From: Lama glama | Taxonomy: Eukaryota | Length of the DNA stretch: 64,000 nucleotides | Assembly (NCBI GenBank): GCA_028534125.1 | Contig: CM052817.1 | Coordinates: forward strand, 93,560,001 to 93,624,000 | Direction: 5' to 3' | Shown here: piece by piece, positions 40,577 through 53,485 of the stretch | Numbering within the stretch: the first letter of the stretch is position 1 | Layout of the letters: each line of letters opens with the position of its first letter | Position numbers and translations under genes: made by a program | The notes under the pieces: generated by a model | Database searches by the model: none | What the model was told of the DNA's origin: nothing | Seen by the model: the letters and a program-made list of their open reading frames with translations, nothing else

Positions 40577-41039
40577 TGTGCCTTGCCTGTATCCCCTTGG
40601 CTTTATTATTTCAGTTCATACTCCCAACTCCCAACTCCCAACTTCCAGCATTTGCATCTCTTGTCTGAAGGTTTTCCCTGGTCACTGGAGTCCACTCTGC
40701 CTACCCCACAGGGCAAGCAATTCTGCTGGAGAGTTGATGCCCACTAGTCAACTGACAGGAGAGGAGCTGGGGCATAAATATTGCAGCTTCCCTCCCCTTC
40801 GGTGGGGGTGACCCCAAGGCACATGTTCCATGCTGGCTTCTAGACTTCCCCAACAGGCATAAGCTTTTGAACTCCATGGTGGTAAATCCCTTGAAAAATG
40901 CACCTTTTATTGCCTGCCTTCCCTTCTCGGTCTCACTTCACTTCCCCATTGGTGTTCCCTGGCATCAACCCCCAAATAAACCACTTAACCCTTAAACCCA
41001 TCTTGGCATCTGCTTCTTGAGAAGACCACACGAAGACAC
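40577..41039 (+). mobile_element. ERVL solo LTR (LTR16-like)
   Basis: TG start; CCAGCATTTGCATCTCTTG; TTGCCTGCCTTCCCTTC…TCTCACTTC; CCCAAATAAACCACTT…TCTGCTTCT…AAGACA end. Confidence 0.8.
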
Positions 41040-41840
41040 ACCCACCACGTGATTTTCTTCAAGTCTTCCCTTCTCAGTGTATGGGTGCCCCTTCAACTTT
41101 ATTCCACTGGCTGGAGACCCAGCCATCCTTGGCCCTACTTCCAGATCCAACATCTGTTAAGTCCTACAAATTCTGTCCATTCACTAGCTTCAAAGAGTCC
41201 ACTTCTCCATCTCTTCTACCACCTCCTACTCCAAAAGCTATCGTTCCTCACCTAGAACAGTATGAAACACCTCTAACTGGTCTCCCACACTTGTTTTTTT
41301 TTTTTTTTTACTTTTTAAAAATTGAGATATAATTGATGTATCACATTATATTAGTTTCAGGTGTACAACATAACAATTCAATATATGTAAATGTTGCAAA
41401 ACAATCCTCACAATAAGTCTAGTTATCATACATCATCACACACAGTTACAAAGGTTTTTTTCTTGTGATGAGAACTTTTAAGATCTGTTCTCCTAGCAGC
41501 TTTCAGATACACAGCACAGTATTCAACTCTAGTCACCACGCCGTGCATTACACCCCCAGGATTTACTTATTTCATACCTGGACGTGTGTACCCTTTGACC
41601 ACCTTCACCCACTCTTGATCCCCTCAAATCGGTTTGCAGCCAGAGTATTATGTAAACCTCTCCAAGCGTGACATGACCCACTGCCGAAACCCTTTAGTGT
41701 TTTTCTGTGGCTTTTAAGGTAACAACAGACAAGCTTAACCAGCAGACAAGCCACCGCAGGTTTTGATTTAACTTTCCTTTCCAGCTTCATCTTCGTCACA
41801 TTACCCCTCACACCCTGGCTCCACCCAATCTGGACCTTAA
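41040..41840 (+). mobile_element. L2 LINE remnant, interrupted by L1
   Basis: CCACTTCTCCATCTCTTCTACC…CCTCTAACTGGTCTCCC; resumes after the L1 with GCAGCCAGAGT. Confidence 0.65.
41294..41607 (-). mobile_element. L1 3' end (L1MA9-like)
   Basis: Poly-T then TTGAGATATAATTGA…TTAGTTTCAGGTGTACAACAT…TTGTGATGAGAACTTTTAAGATCT; TSD CCCAC(A/T)CTTG at 41284-41293 and 41608-41617. Confidence 0.9.
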
Positions 41841-41864
41841 ACCAGCATTTTTTTTTTTTTTTGT

Positions 41865-42070
41865 ATTTTCAACCTCGCTAATGGATTTTAGTGAGGCGTG
41901 AAAGCAATTTAGTTGGTCAAGATCAGCATTTTATTTTAATGAAATGAAAGAAGAGAAACATGTTAGAATGTTATTTGCCAGAACTTTTTTTTTCAATTAT
42001 ATGTGTACTGCATCATGATGAAAAACCTATTTATAACCAAATATCACACTGAAAAGTTGGTAGAATGACG
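41865..42070. mobile_element. hAT-Charlie remnant (Charlie4-like)
   Basis: TTAGTGAGGCGTGAAAGCAATTTAGTTGGTCAAGATCAGCATTTT matches a recalled Charlie-type subterminal motif. Confidence 0.5.
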
Positions 42071-45000
42071 CCTTAAGCATTTCACGTTCTTTCCTGTCAC
42101 CAAACCTCAGGTGCTGCTCCCTCTGCCGGGAGGCTCTGCCCCAAGCCCTGTGCCTAGGAATTCCTATCCACACTCCCGGCGCCCCTGCATTCATGCTGGG
42201 GTCCTGAGGGTCTGGTGCGGGTGTCACTAAGGACTGTCCTCCAGACAGGACCATGTGTAGCCAAGGAGAATTCAGCATACCCAAATGAGAAACACTGAAG
42301 TCCAAGCCATGAAGAATCCAAACACTTGGCTGCAACCATATCAGGCCGAAAAGGCGGGGTGGGCGAGAAGGTGGGAGGCAGAGCCTGTACAAGTGCCTTC
42401 AGCTATCAAAGTGCAGCCACCAGGAATTTTCTGGGACACTCAGGCATGCTGTGAAAGACAAATTGGAGGTCGACAAAATATGGCAAAGATCCTGTATCTA
42501 GAAAGCGAGTCCAGCAGCCCAGGTGAGAGCCCATAAGCGTACTGATAGAGACAGCAGCTGTCGGGTGGAGAGGAAAGAGGCTCTGCAAGGTTTGGTTATA
42601 ATGTAATCCACTTACATATTTATTAGACACTAACTGGCTGTCAGGGGGCATTTTATACTTGACGTATAGAGTGTCCAGAGCCAGCGTGAATAGGAGGAAG
42701 ATCCTCAGGCTGATTGAAAAAAAAAAAAATCTGTTTCCGCCTACCGGCAGAAATGCATATATTTATTTTTTTTCCTATTTGGTGAGAGAAGAGAGTTCTA
42801 AGCTGTGGGTGACCTGTGGGCACATGGAGGCAGGATTGTAGAGATGGGATGAATTTAACCCTCTAAGTGGTAGGTAAAGAAACAGAGGCTCAGAGCTCCC
42901 TTGTTTCACAAGCTCCATCTGTAACCAGAACCCAGGACCTCAGCCAACCAGGGGAGGGCTTTGTCCACTAGACCACGCAAGGTCAAAGCGCAGCCCCTGA
43001 ACATGACCCCTGGGAGTCTCCTCCTTACTTCCCTGATCCATGCAGGCTCTGATCCCCCTGCCACCGACCCAGTGGGAGCTCCACCACATCCCCCCTCGGT
43101 CACCAAGTACGGAACTGGAGAAAAACAGTTACTGGTTTTTAAATGGGGACGTGGATTGGGGGGATGGTAACTGAAACAGAAAAAGGTGCATATATTAGAG
43201 ACAATATGGGAAAAAGGTAAAAGAACTTAATGTCTGACAAGATACAAGGGATAAAGAGGAAAGTATTTAATAAGAAGCCAAGACTTGGAGAGTGGGAAGA
43301 AAGCTGGTACCATGGACCAAAACAGGGTCACAGGGGAAGGAGAGGCATCAAGGGTCACAGGGAGAAATTCAGCCTGGATAAATTAACTTCGGCAAGAGGG
43401 CCAGGTTATGCACGGGGAGATGTCCTGCTGATGTGTTATCTGGGGAAAAAATGTTTTCTATCACCTAAGACAGTTTTATTTCCACTCTGAGTCAGAAAGA
43501 TGATCTAAGCAGTTAGAGCAAGAAGGTAAAGGGCTAAAGTGAGGCACAATTTGCAGCGGAAAGTGTCGGCTGCAGTTTTGATCATCTGAGCTGATGCCTG
43601 GGAACCCAGCACCCTCTCCCCATACATTCAGGCAGGAGATGAGAAGACGGAGGGCTGGAAGGGGCTCTTTCTTCTCTTTTTGTGATGTGTCAGAACAAAT
43701 ACAACACAAAGCTGCTCCTCAAAACAGCCCTGCTGTGACCCGCCAGGGAGGGGCCGGCAGCCAGCCCCCCACATCACACCCCACGTCAGGTTTTAACACA
43801 GCTGCTCAGCCCCGGAGAGGCTTTCAAAGAGGCTGCCTGGAGAGGTTCGCTGGTGCAAGGGGAGCATCTTCTGAAGTCCTCATGGTGCCGGCAGAGCTGG
43901 AGGAAGGCTGGCAGTCGGCCAGGGTAGGGCTGCTGACAGGAACTTTGGAAAAAGAGTTTTGGGGAGGAGAAAATAACAAATGGATAGATGTCGGAGCTGA
44001 ATGTAGGTTCTGATGTTAGAAGCAATCTAGATAAGAGGTGAGGACGGGGGCGGCAGGGGGGCGTGTAAAGTTCCTTTATTTCTCAGAAATGGAAATTCTC
44101 TGAAAGTCAGACTCCCCTCTGAGAATTATTTCAGAGAACTGAGGAGACACAGAGGTCTTGAAGTTCACCAAGTCCACCCACACGCACACCTCACACAAAC
44201 ACACAGACCCATTGCCTCCGCAGGGGAAGAAACAGCCGAGAGGTCACATGACCCTCTGGGGCCACACGGGCCACTATCGGGGCCAGAACAGGGTACACTC
44301 TCAGGATGACAGGCATACGCTCCAAGGGCCCTTCCTCATGTTCCACTCCCCGTCATAAAACCTGCGAGGATGTGGTCCTGGGAAGTATAAAGCCCCAAAT
44401 TGTGGAGGGTCATCCCAGGTATCTGATAACTAGTAAAGCAACTACTGAGGTAGCCCTAGGGACCATCTGTGATGAAATTTAAGATGGAATTAAGTTAACT
44501 CAAATGCCATATAAAGTAAACAATGGAACTGAGATCCCCAAAGTCAGTCCGTCAGGAATGGTAGGGTTCTACAGCGATGTCTGAGGTCTGCTCTTGCAGG
44601 GCTTCTGGTCTCATCTGTGGGCTCAGCCCCCTGCTTCCCCTTCTAGGTTCTGGCCCCACCCCCTGAGCCGCAAAGAATTCCAAACAAGCAATTTGGAGAC
44701 AAAAAGTCAATCTTGTCTCTAACTGCTGTATTTGAAGCATGGTTGCTCCGGGTTGGATTTGACCTCATTGCCTAATTCCTCTACATCTGAGTCTCTACTT
44801 CTTGGCAAGCCCTTGACTCACATCCGTAGTACCAACCAAGACAACCATACTTGCCCTTCTCAGTCTTAATGCACTGGTCACAGTCTTTCACTCTAAATTC
44901 TACACCATACCTGTCATCTCAAAACTCTGGAAGAGCCCACAGCCTGGCACCGTTCCTCTGTCTGAGCCTTCTTCTCAGCCTTGACCCCTAAATTCTGAGC

Positions 45001-46148
45001 TCAGCCAGTGTATTCTGGTCCCTTGCTGCCCATTTTGTGGCTTGATATCCAGACGGATTCTGCTCTGTGTGCTGAATTCATAATATTTATATGTCCTGCC
45101 CACTTTTCCTTACACCTTTACTATCTTCCAAATTTCATCATCCTGGCCCAGAGAAGACACTGACCATCATTTGATTTTGGCAGCAGAAGATGAGGGAAGA
45201 AGAAAGATGAAGACTAAAAGTTAAGGAGGAGATAGGGCTTCTTTTAGAAACAGTTATTACTACTATAGCTAAATACGACGCCTGCAGGTGAGGAAATTAT
45301 TCCTTCTGTAGAAACCACTCAGGGCAGGAGAGGCTGTATGGCTGCTAATAAATCTATCTGGGAATCTCAGTCGAGTAACATAAGACAGGTTTACATGCCT
45401 ACTGGAGGGTTTCTTATATTTCCCCTTTTCCTGTATGTTCAGTGGGCGTTGGGAGGCGGGAAAGAATTTGCTCTATGTAGGAACCAGGGACTAGTGAGCT
45501 GAAGGAGGCCTCAACTTCTCAAAGCTTCATCTGGACCAAGTCTCCTTCTTAAATTCCCGGCAAGTGAAGAGGGATCAGAGGATCACAAGGGGCTTTTCAC
45601 AGCGTCAGCCTGGAATCAGCACTATCACTTCTCACGGCTCATTAGCTGGAGGTGCTCGTGGGGTCCTGCCCATCTTCAAGGGGCTGGGAAGCCCAGATTT
45701 TCCACGTGGTTCAAAGGACAGGAGACCTGGAGGCTGGGGATGCTAGTAACATCCGGGACACCATGATTCCAGTCGATGCGGCTCTCAGATTCTCCCAATG
45801 CTCATGTTAGCTAAAGGGCTAATGCACCTGCAGGGGTGACAATGTTTCTCATTTCTAGTTGCAATCAAGTGCGACAAAAAGGAATGACTATGGACTAATG
45901 GAAAGAGGAATGATGGTGTGGGTGTTGAGAGCTAAGAACCTAAGGCATTCGAGAGTGGTTGTGCTCTACAATTTGATTTCACTCTTCTGTTTTTGTTTCA
46001 TTTTCGTGACTTAAGGAGAATACTTTTTTCATGTTAGTTTTTAATGTCTCCCTTGTATTTAATGAACCAAGATTAGAAGCGGAGGATTTATCTCTTATTT
46101 TTATGGATACTCGCATATAATATTCAAAAGCATAAAAAAGCCAGGATG

Positions 46149-46482
46149 GGGAATCCTCCTACACTGCTGGTGGGAATGCAGTTTGGTGCAGCCACTATGG
46201 AAAACAGTGTGGAGATTCCTCAAAAGATTAGGAATAGACTTACCATATGACCCAGGAATCCCACTCCTGGGCTTGTACCCAGAAGGAAATCTACTTCAGG
46301 ATGACACCTGCACTCCAATGTTCATAGCAGCACTATTTACAATAGCCAAAACATGGAAACAGCCTAAATGTCCATCAACAGGTGACTGGATAAAGAAGAT
46401 GTGGTATATTTATACAATGGAATACTACTCAGCCATAAAAACTGACAACATAATGCCATTTGCAGCAACATGGATGCTCCTG
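46149..46482 (+). mobile_element. Young 5'-truncated L1: ORF2 C-terminus in open frame, 3' end lost in gap
   Basis: ORF 46183+ [32 protein letters not shown]…CTPMFIAALFTIAKTWKQPKCPS…WIKKMWYIYTMEYYSAIK is L1 ORF2p C-terminal sequence with no stops. Confidence 0.95.
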
Positions 46483-46582
46483 NNNNNNNNNNNNNNNNNN
46501 NNNNNNNNNNNNNNNNNNNNNNNNNNNNNNNNNNNNNNNNNNNNNNNNNNNNNNNNNNNNNNNNNNNNNNNNNNNNNNNNNN
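46483..46582. other. Assembly gap (100 N)
   Basis: Run of N. Confidence 1.
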
Positions 46583-47284
46583 CCAGGATGTCCTGTTAAA
46601 AGCAACTTTTAATGTTTCAGTGCAGCACTGGGCTTGCAAACAGTAAAATCATATGCATCAATCTTATCAATATTGTGATGTAATTCTAGAGTATTACCTG
46701 CACTTCTATACGTATTTAATCTTGTAATCATAGCCCTTTACAGACAAACCGAGGACAACTTAAAACATGTATTAATTAAGGCACTAGCTTACCTAGATCT
46801 GGCATTAAAATACTTTAAACTCTCAGGGCAGAAGTGGAACATTTTGCCAAGAGGACACTAAAAATAATGAGAAAAGAAAGCCGTTGAATTACCCTTTATT
46901 ATTGCTTGCTCTTCTCCATCATATTACATGTTTAAAAAGCTTTGAGTTATTTATTTACATTTAACTCATGGACCTGGCTTTTATACACTTTAAAAAGCCT
47001 ACAGTAGGATTAGGGCTGCTGTAATTCTGTCCATCTGATTTGCCTGGAGCCATCTGAGTGGTGTGCCAGGACTGGATTCTGTAGAACCCTCATCACTTCA
47101 CATCAGATAAGCAGCAAGAAATACATGTCTCCTCTAATTTCACACACTGGGGTTATGAAGCAATGTCTTCTCTACTGATATCACTACAGAAGTGTTTTGG
47201 CAAGATGGAATCCTCAGCACCAGAAGCCTGTAGTGTGAAAGACACCTTCTGGAAGTATCCACTGCCACAGCTATGACAAACCTG

Positions 47285-47465
47285 TGAGGAGGGTATAGCT
47301 CAGTGGTAGGGCGCATACTTAGCAGGCACAAGGTCCTGGGTTAATTCCCCAGTATCTCCATTAACAACCACCAAAAAAAAAAAAAAACAAAGAAAAAGCA
47401 AACAAAAACAAAGACAAAAAAAAAAAAAGACAAATAAATAAATAAAAGTTAAAAAAAAAAAAAAC
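47285..47465 (+). mobile_element. tRNA-Ala-derived SINE with long A-rich tail
   Basis: GAGGAGGGTATAGCTCAGTGGTAGGGCGCATACTTAGCAGGCACAAGGTCCTGGGTTAATTCCCCAGTATCTCCA; TSD ACAAAC(C/T)TG at 47276-47284 and 47468-47476. Confidence 0.9.
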
Positions 47466-49849
47466 CCACAAACTTGACTTGGTCCTCCCTTCTATAGCTC
47501 GGAGGGTGCATGAACACAGGGCAACCAGCCTGTCTATTGAATTTAAGATACTTCTTAATCCCCAAAGCTCATAAATGCTAGTATTGATTTTAAAAAATCA
47601 TCCTCACACAGGTTAATAAAATCTCTACTGTCATTTTGGTGAAAACTGAAGTGACACTTTTAATATCACCTGCTGTTCTTCAGGGAATAGTTGCCAAACC
47701 AGCATTATAAATTCCAGAGAAAAATATTTAATAAGACCATACTTAAATTTACAGAATTTATATGTTAGAGTTTAACTCACTAATAAGATAACTCATAAAT
47801 ATAGAGGAGATTAGAGCTTAAAATATTTTTTATCAGATCTGCTGGAAGACCAAAAATGAAAATTAAAAAATTCTCTACTAATTTCTCTAGATATATTTCC
47901 TAGTGAGAAAGAATAAAACATAGTACTGCTTAAAAAAAAAAGTTTTGAGATGGAAAATACTTCCAAAACAGAAATCAATTCACAAAGTAATGTCACTTGA
48001 ATAGATACCCATTTTAAAACAGAAAAACTGAAGGAGGAAAATTGAATGACTTATTCAAGTTTCTAAAGTTGATTTGTGAATGGAGCAAGAAATAGAATGC
48101 TTTTCTCCTAGCTTTAATTCAAATATCTAATTCGAGATTTTTTTGGGTATTGATCTTCTGTGAAGACTGAAATGTTTTGTATGCATTGTAAGAAAGATAC
48201 TAACTAAAGTGTAAAAAAGAATCTTAAAAAAAAAAGTTTCTATGTACATTTCAAGTTTCCAGCATCCCGTCTAGATGTCTTTTCTCTCACTCTCTTTTTT
48301 TTTTCCCCTTGAGAGTCTCACAGGGGAAAAAAAGAGGAAAAATGAGATTTCATGAGAGGACAGTTCTGAGCTAGAAAGAGAAAAAGAAGATCTGTAACAC
48401 AGAGGAAAATTGAGACAGATCTTTAAAGAGTGGGGTACATTGTTTGGCTTTATGTGGATGTAAAGAAAAAGTTACCAAGCTTTTTGTTGCTTGAATAAGG
48501 ATAGGGATTTTCTTATGAGGCCCTGAAAGGTTTTATAGTTGAAAAGTAATGTGAAAAATAATACCTTCTGCCACAATGATTGTTATAAGGCTCAGCACCT
48601 TCAATAAAAAGATGCTTCTGTTCAATTTCTGGTCACATCAAATTCTCATTACAAGCAGCTAAATCCCATCTCTCCATGAGCCAGACTGTATCAAAAGTAG
48701 CAGCTTTATGCATTGAGTTTTGTAACACACACTTATATCCCCATATGTCCCAGGTCACAAGGAAAATTCTAGGACATTTTCCCCTCAGTGAATGACAGGC
48801 GTGAATGCTAAGCTTCAAAGAGACCAGGAGCAGGGACACACTGGTGACCAAGGTGCCCTCAAAAATAAGAAAGAAATTCTGTCACTTCTGGGAACAGAAT
48901 TGTCCAGCTCCCAAGTGTTCACATAAAATCCATTTGTGTGCTAAAGAAAAAAAATTAAAGATTGTTGAGAGTTTAATTCAGTATCCATGAGGAGAAAAAT
49001 CAGAGAGGCAATAAGGCCAAAAAAAGAAGGGAAAAAATGTCCCTAAAAGCCTGCTTAATAATTTCCATGCTATTCTTTCTTCTCATGTTATTTGGAAATG
49101 TTCGCTATTGCTACATTTTCTTCTAAAGCCTGAAGAGAGAATAAAATGCCATTGAGGTGAAAGTCCCTAGACTGACCATGGAAATCAGGACAGGAAGATG
49201 CAGACTATAATGACGGATGCTTGGGTTCAGAGCCCCAGCTCTAAGTCAAAACATTACTCACCTTACCAGTACAGAGGCCAACAGACTTGATCTTAGATGG
49301 CTTTGCCCTTTAAAGAAAGCTCTTTTTAGCAGCAAAGAGACCCTCCAGTAGGCAGAAAGATGAATATCGCTTTCAAAAAAGAAAATAGGTCAACTGATAT
49401 GACAGAACGAAAGCTGGATACTGTCAGTTTTTTAAAGCAGTAAAGCTGAAAACGAAAGGTAAAATTCAAAGAGACAGGAATGGCATGTTTTCTTATTGGC
49501 AGCATGGACCTTTGTCATGTGTAAGAGTCTGTCGTTTGTTGTGCTGGGAATGTTGGCTTCATTTTAAGACTTAAACCAAATCCAAGTCATTAACTAAATG
49601 GTATATGCTTGTTTATGTTATTCACGAATAGATGCAAAAGGTCCTCCAGACTAGGCTAATTGAAGAGAAACGAGGTGACAGAGCTGGAAAAGAAACAGCA
49701 ACATTTGGCAATAAAATGGTTTGAAGATAAAAGAAATAAAGGTATTTATAAGGAAAGAGCACCGATGTGATAGAAAATTGTAACGCAGTTTAGAGTTCCC
49801 ACTGTAAAGGGCAATTACCAATTCATATACATAGACCCATGGAAGAGAC

Positions 49850-50352
49850 TGCAGAAACAGCCCTAATACTTCACAGTCCCTCTTGTCAATAAGTGGCATT
49901 TCATCCTCAAATTTGGGCTGGTGGTGTAACTTGTTTTGGCTAATAGAAAGCGGCAGAAATGATATTTTCCCTGTTCTAAAAATAAACCTCAAAAGAATTT
50001 GCAGTTTTCCTCCCACCGTCTTCCGCCCCTTGACCCCCAGTCCCAGAACATGCCACCTCCATTTGAACAGACCCCAAACTCGGTCAGTGTAGACTTCTGC
50101 AACCAATGGAATCATTGCACAGTAACTTGCCCCTGTTCCAGCTACCAGAAAGCCAGTCCCAGAAGCAGAGCCACCCCGCCGACCAGCAGCTGACCACGGA
50201 CGCAGGAGGAGCACCAGTCCTACCCAGCTGATCGCAGACCAAATCCCACCCCTGCCCATCCCACACCCTGAATCATGAGCTAAATAAACAGTGGTTATCT
50301 AAAGCCATAAAGTTGTGTAGTGATTTGTTATACAACAAAAGACAGTGGATAG
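49850..50352 (+). mobile_element. MaLR LTR (MLT1F/G-like)
   Basis: CAGCAGCTGACCAC…; AATCATGAGCTAAATAAACAGTGGTTATCTAAAGCCATAAAGTTGTGTAGTGATTTGTTATACAACAA terminus. Confidence 0.75.
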
Positions 50353-50389
50353 AATCCATATATTCTAAGAAGCTTCATAGGAGTCTGTC

Positions 50390-51560
50390 ATTAACTCAAT
50401 TTGCTAAACCACTGTTGAGCCTTAACCACGCACCAGGCACACTGACAAAGCCGAGGATTGGTGCCCTGGGGAGGCAGCTCTCTGGTGCACAGTCCAACCT
50501 GAGGCTGTCAGGAAGGCCTGCAGCACAGGAGACGTGAGTGAGGACCTGAAACGTGCCTGTGAGTGGGCCAGGTGAAGTAAGCAGGGACAGGAATTTCAGT
50601 CACAGGGGATGGTAAATGTATACAGAAGTCACGCAGCAAGGTACAAGCAGGAAAATACAGGACTCTATGTTAGTAGAATGTAAAGTTTTAGTTAGGAAAT
50701 GATGAGAAGTGAGACTAGAGAAGTTAACAGGCCATGAAGGCTCTGGATGTTCTCATAAACATCTTGGATAAAAGTGTCTCGATAGAGGCCTAGGCCAGTA
50801 GTTCTCCATCATGAAAGTGCATGGAAATTATCTGGTGAATATACTTAATATACATTTCCAGGGCTCTTATCACCCATAAATTCTGATCCAGTAGCTTGGT
50901 GATGGAGCCTAGACTTTGGGCTTCAACTTTTTTTTTTTTTCATTTTCATTTTTAAAATGTAACCCAGGAAGGTCTGATTCAGGTTGTATATGGACCACAC
51001 TTTGAAAAACATCACTAGGCATTGGGAGGTCTCCTGAAGTGATTTTATAAAGAGAGTGACTCAGGCACTCATGTTATTTTCAGGTTGGCATTTAACACTG
51101 ATTTTTCTGGCTGAGGTTTGGAAGGTAATTGAAGGCACTCAGAGAAAGAGGCAAGGACCAGAGAATCTAAATTAGGAAAATGGTAGTGAAAATTGGGGAT
51201 CAAGCTATGAATTATTTAGGCAGTTAAATTGTCAGAGATTTTTGTTGATTTCAGGAATGGAGGTGGAGGGGAAGGGAAGTGTCAAGGACGGCACCCAGAT
51301 TAAATTAGATTTGAAATATCTTTAAAATGTCCAGAAATCTGGACTGGTTTGGAAGTTAACGGTACAGATTTAGGAGTCATCCGTGTACAGGGGTAAACCA
51401 AACTATGGAAGTTGGAGAGAGTTCCCAGGAGAGTGAACACAGGGAGAAGGGACAAGGCCAATGGCAGAACCCAGAGGTACATAAACACTTAAAGCACACA
51501 CAAAGGATAAATAACGGCTTAGGAGACTACAAGAACTACCACTGAGTTAAGAGAAAAACA
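50390..51560 (-). mobile_element. L2 LINE remnant interrupted by a MER5-type element
   Basis: TGTTGAGCCTTAACCACGCACCAGGCAC tail; purine-rich antisense body (GAAGGGAAGTGTCAAGGACGGCACCCAG, GGCCAATGGCAGAACCC). Confidence 0.7.
50796..51012. mobile_element. MER5-family hAT element nested in L2
   Basis: CAGTAGTTCTC start, ATTCTGATCCAGTAG, GGACCACACTTTGAAAAAC end; flanks GCCTAGGC/CACTAGGC as decayed 8-bp TSD. Confidence 0.7.
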
Positions 51561-51915
51561 TGGCTACAATGACATTAAAGTCCCAGTAGTCATGGACCTG
51601 CACTGTTACAGGCAAAGTACGACATATGGTTGCCCTACTTAAAAGTTAAAATGTGTCATTCAAAGTCTCTTGTGATCATTGCCAGTCTCATTTCACTAGA
51701 ACTTTGGGTGTAGAAGACTGAATAGTGTAGTTACCTTGAAGTAAAAATGTGAAAACAGAATTTACACAACCCTTTTAAGAAAATGTTAGGTATACAGAAA
51801 ATTATAAGCAAGAATGTTAAAAAAAAGGAACTGCTTTTGAACATCAGTGAACAACCTTGCAGCATCTCTCTGTCCACAAATAATTTTAAATTAATAGGAT
51901 CTATGATTTAAATTT

Positions 51916-51979
51916 TATATATATATATATGTATATATACGTATATATATATATATACGTATATATACACATACACACA
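51916..51979. repeat. Interrupted (TA)n/(CA)n microsatellite at L1 5' junction
   Basis: Direct observation. Confidence 0.95.
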
Positions 51980-52606
51980 GGAGATCGATTAAGATAGGGC
52001 AGGGCAGGGCAGGGGGCTGCTGGAGGGAGTGATCAGCTCTGAGGGATAAAGAGGACTCAGACCTGAGGCTGTGTCTGAGCAGAGCGAGGGCAACAATTGC
52101 TGGTACCGCATCAGAGGCAGCTTAGATCTCAGTCTCCGGCTGACCCGCAGCAGCCCATGCCTTGTCACAAGCAGAGAGCCTCCACAGGCCCTTCTTTTTC
52201 AGCACTGCTCTCTTCTGCAGCAAAGGTACCAGTGCTAGGAGATGGAACAACAAACACTTAAAGGGAATAGAACCAGATCAGACACAACTCTCTTGGCTTC
52301 TTGAACTTGGGATCCAAACCTGCCCCTAATATGGAAGTGATGGCCAGTGAGCAGAAGGGAAGCCCCACTTCACACAAGGCTCCAGCCCTAGCCTCTCCAT
52401 CGCCAGTCCCACCTCCTACCAAAGTGATACATGCCAGCATACACTGAGAAAAGATGTGACTTGCATCCACTTTAAATCTAGCTCTCAAACCAAAGGCACT
52501 AGGCGCAAGCAGTCTATGTAGTGATGCTCCCACACAAGGACACTCCTTCAAGATTTCAACAGGTAACTGTTTCACCTGAATTCATAGAAATAAAGAAAGT
52601 TAACAA

Positions 52607-53485
52607 ATGAGAAGACAGAGGAACTGGTCTTAATTTAAAGAGCAAAAGAAAACCCCTGAAAAAAATAATGAAACAAATAAACTATTCACCAGACAAAGAA
52701 TTCAAAACACTCATAATAAGAATGCCAACTGAATTAGGGAAAAATATAGATGAACACAGTGATAATTTTAACAAAGTACTAGAAAATATTCTAAAAGACC
52801 AAATCAGAAATACAAATTCAATAATTAAAAAAAAAAAACGAGAAGGACTGAATAGCAGATTAAGTGACATAGAAGAATGCACAAGTGATCTGGAATATAA
52901 AGTAATGGAAATCAACCAATCAGAACAGCAAAAAGAAAAACAAATTAAAAAAAATTTTAAGAGATCTTTGACATAACACAAAGCATACCAACATTTGCAT
53001 TATAGGGGTCCAAGAGGAGAAGAGAGACAGAAATGGGTTGAAAATGTATTTATGGAAAATATGGCTGAAAGTTTCCCAAACCTGAAAAAGTAAACAGATA
53101 TTCAAGTACAGAAAGCACAGAGGATCCCAAACAAGAAAAACCCGAACAGACCCACAGCAAGGCATAATTAAAATGGCAAAGTTAAAGAGAAAGAGAGGAT
53201 TCTAAAAATAGCAAGAATAAAACAAATATTCATATATAAGGGAGATCTTATAAGGCTATCAAATTATTTGTCTACTGAATCTGCAGGCCAGAAGGCAGTG
53301 GTATGATTTATTCAAAGTGCTGAAAGGGAAAACCTGCAATATCCTTGCCTAGGGTCCTCTACCAGGCAAGATTATCATAGAGAATCACAGGAGAGATAAA
53401 GAACTTCTCAGACAAGCGAAAACTAAACAAGTTCATTAGTACTAAACCTACACTCAGAGAAATGTTAAACGGTCATTTCTAAATG
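52607..53485 (+). pseudogene. L1 ORF1 remnant (frameshifts and stops)
   Basis: PDKEFKTLIIRM…EGLNSRL…IEECTSDLE… typical of L1 ORF1p. Confidence 0.85.

Noticed and set aside
49651..50259. Longest ORF (202 aa, minus strand)
   Set aside because: Largely antisense to an MLT1 LTR; no recognisable domain.
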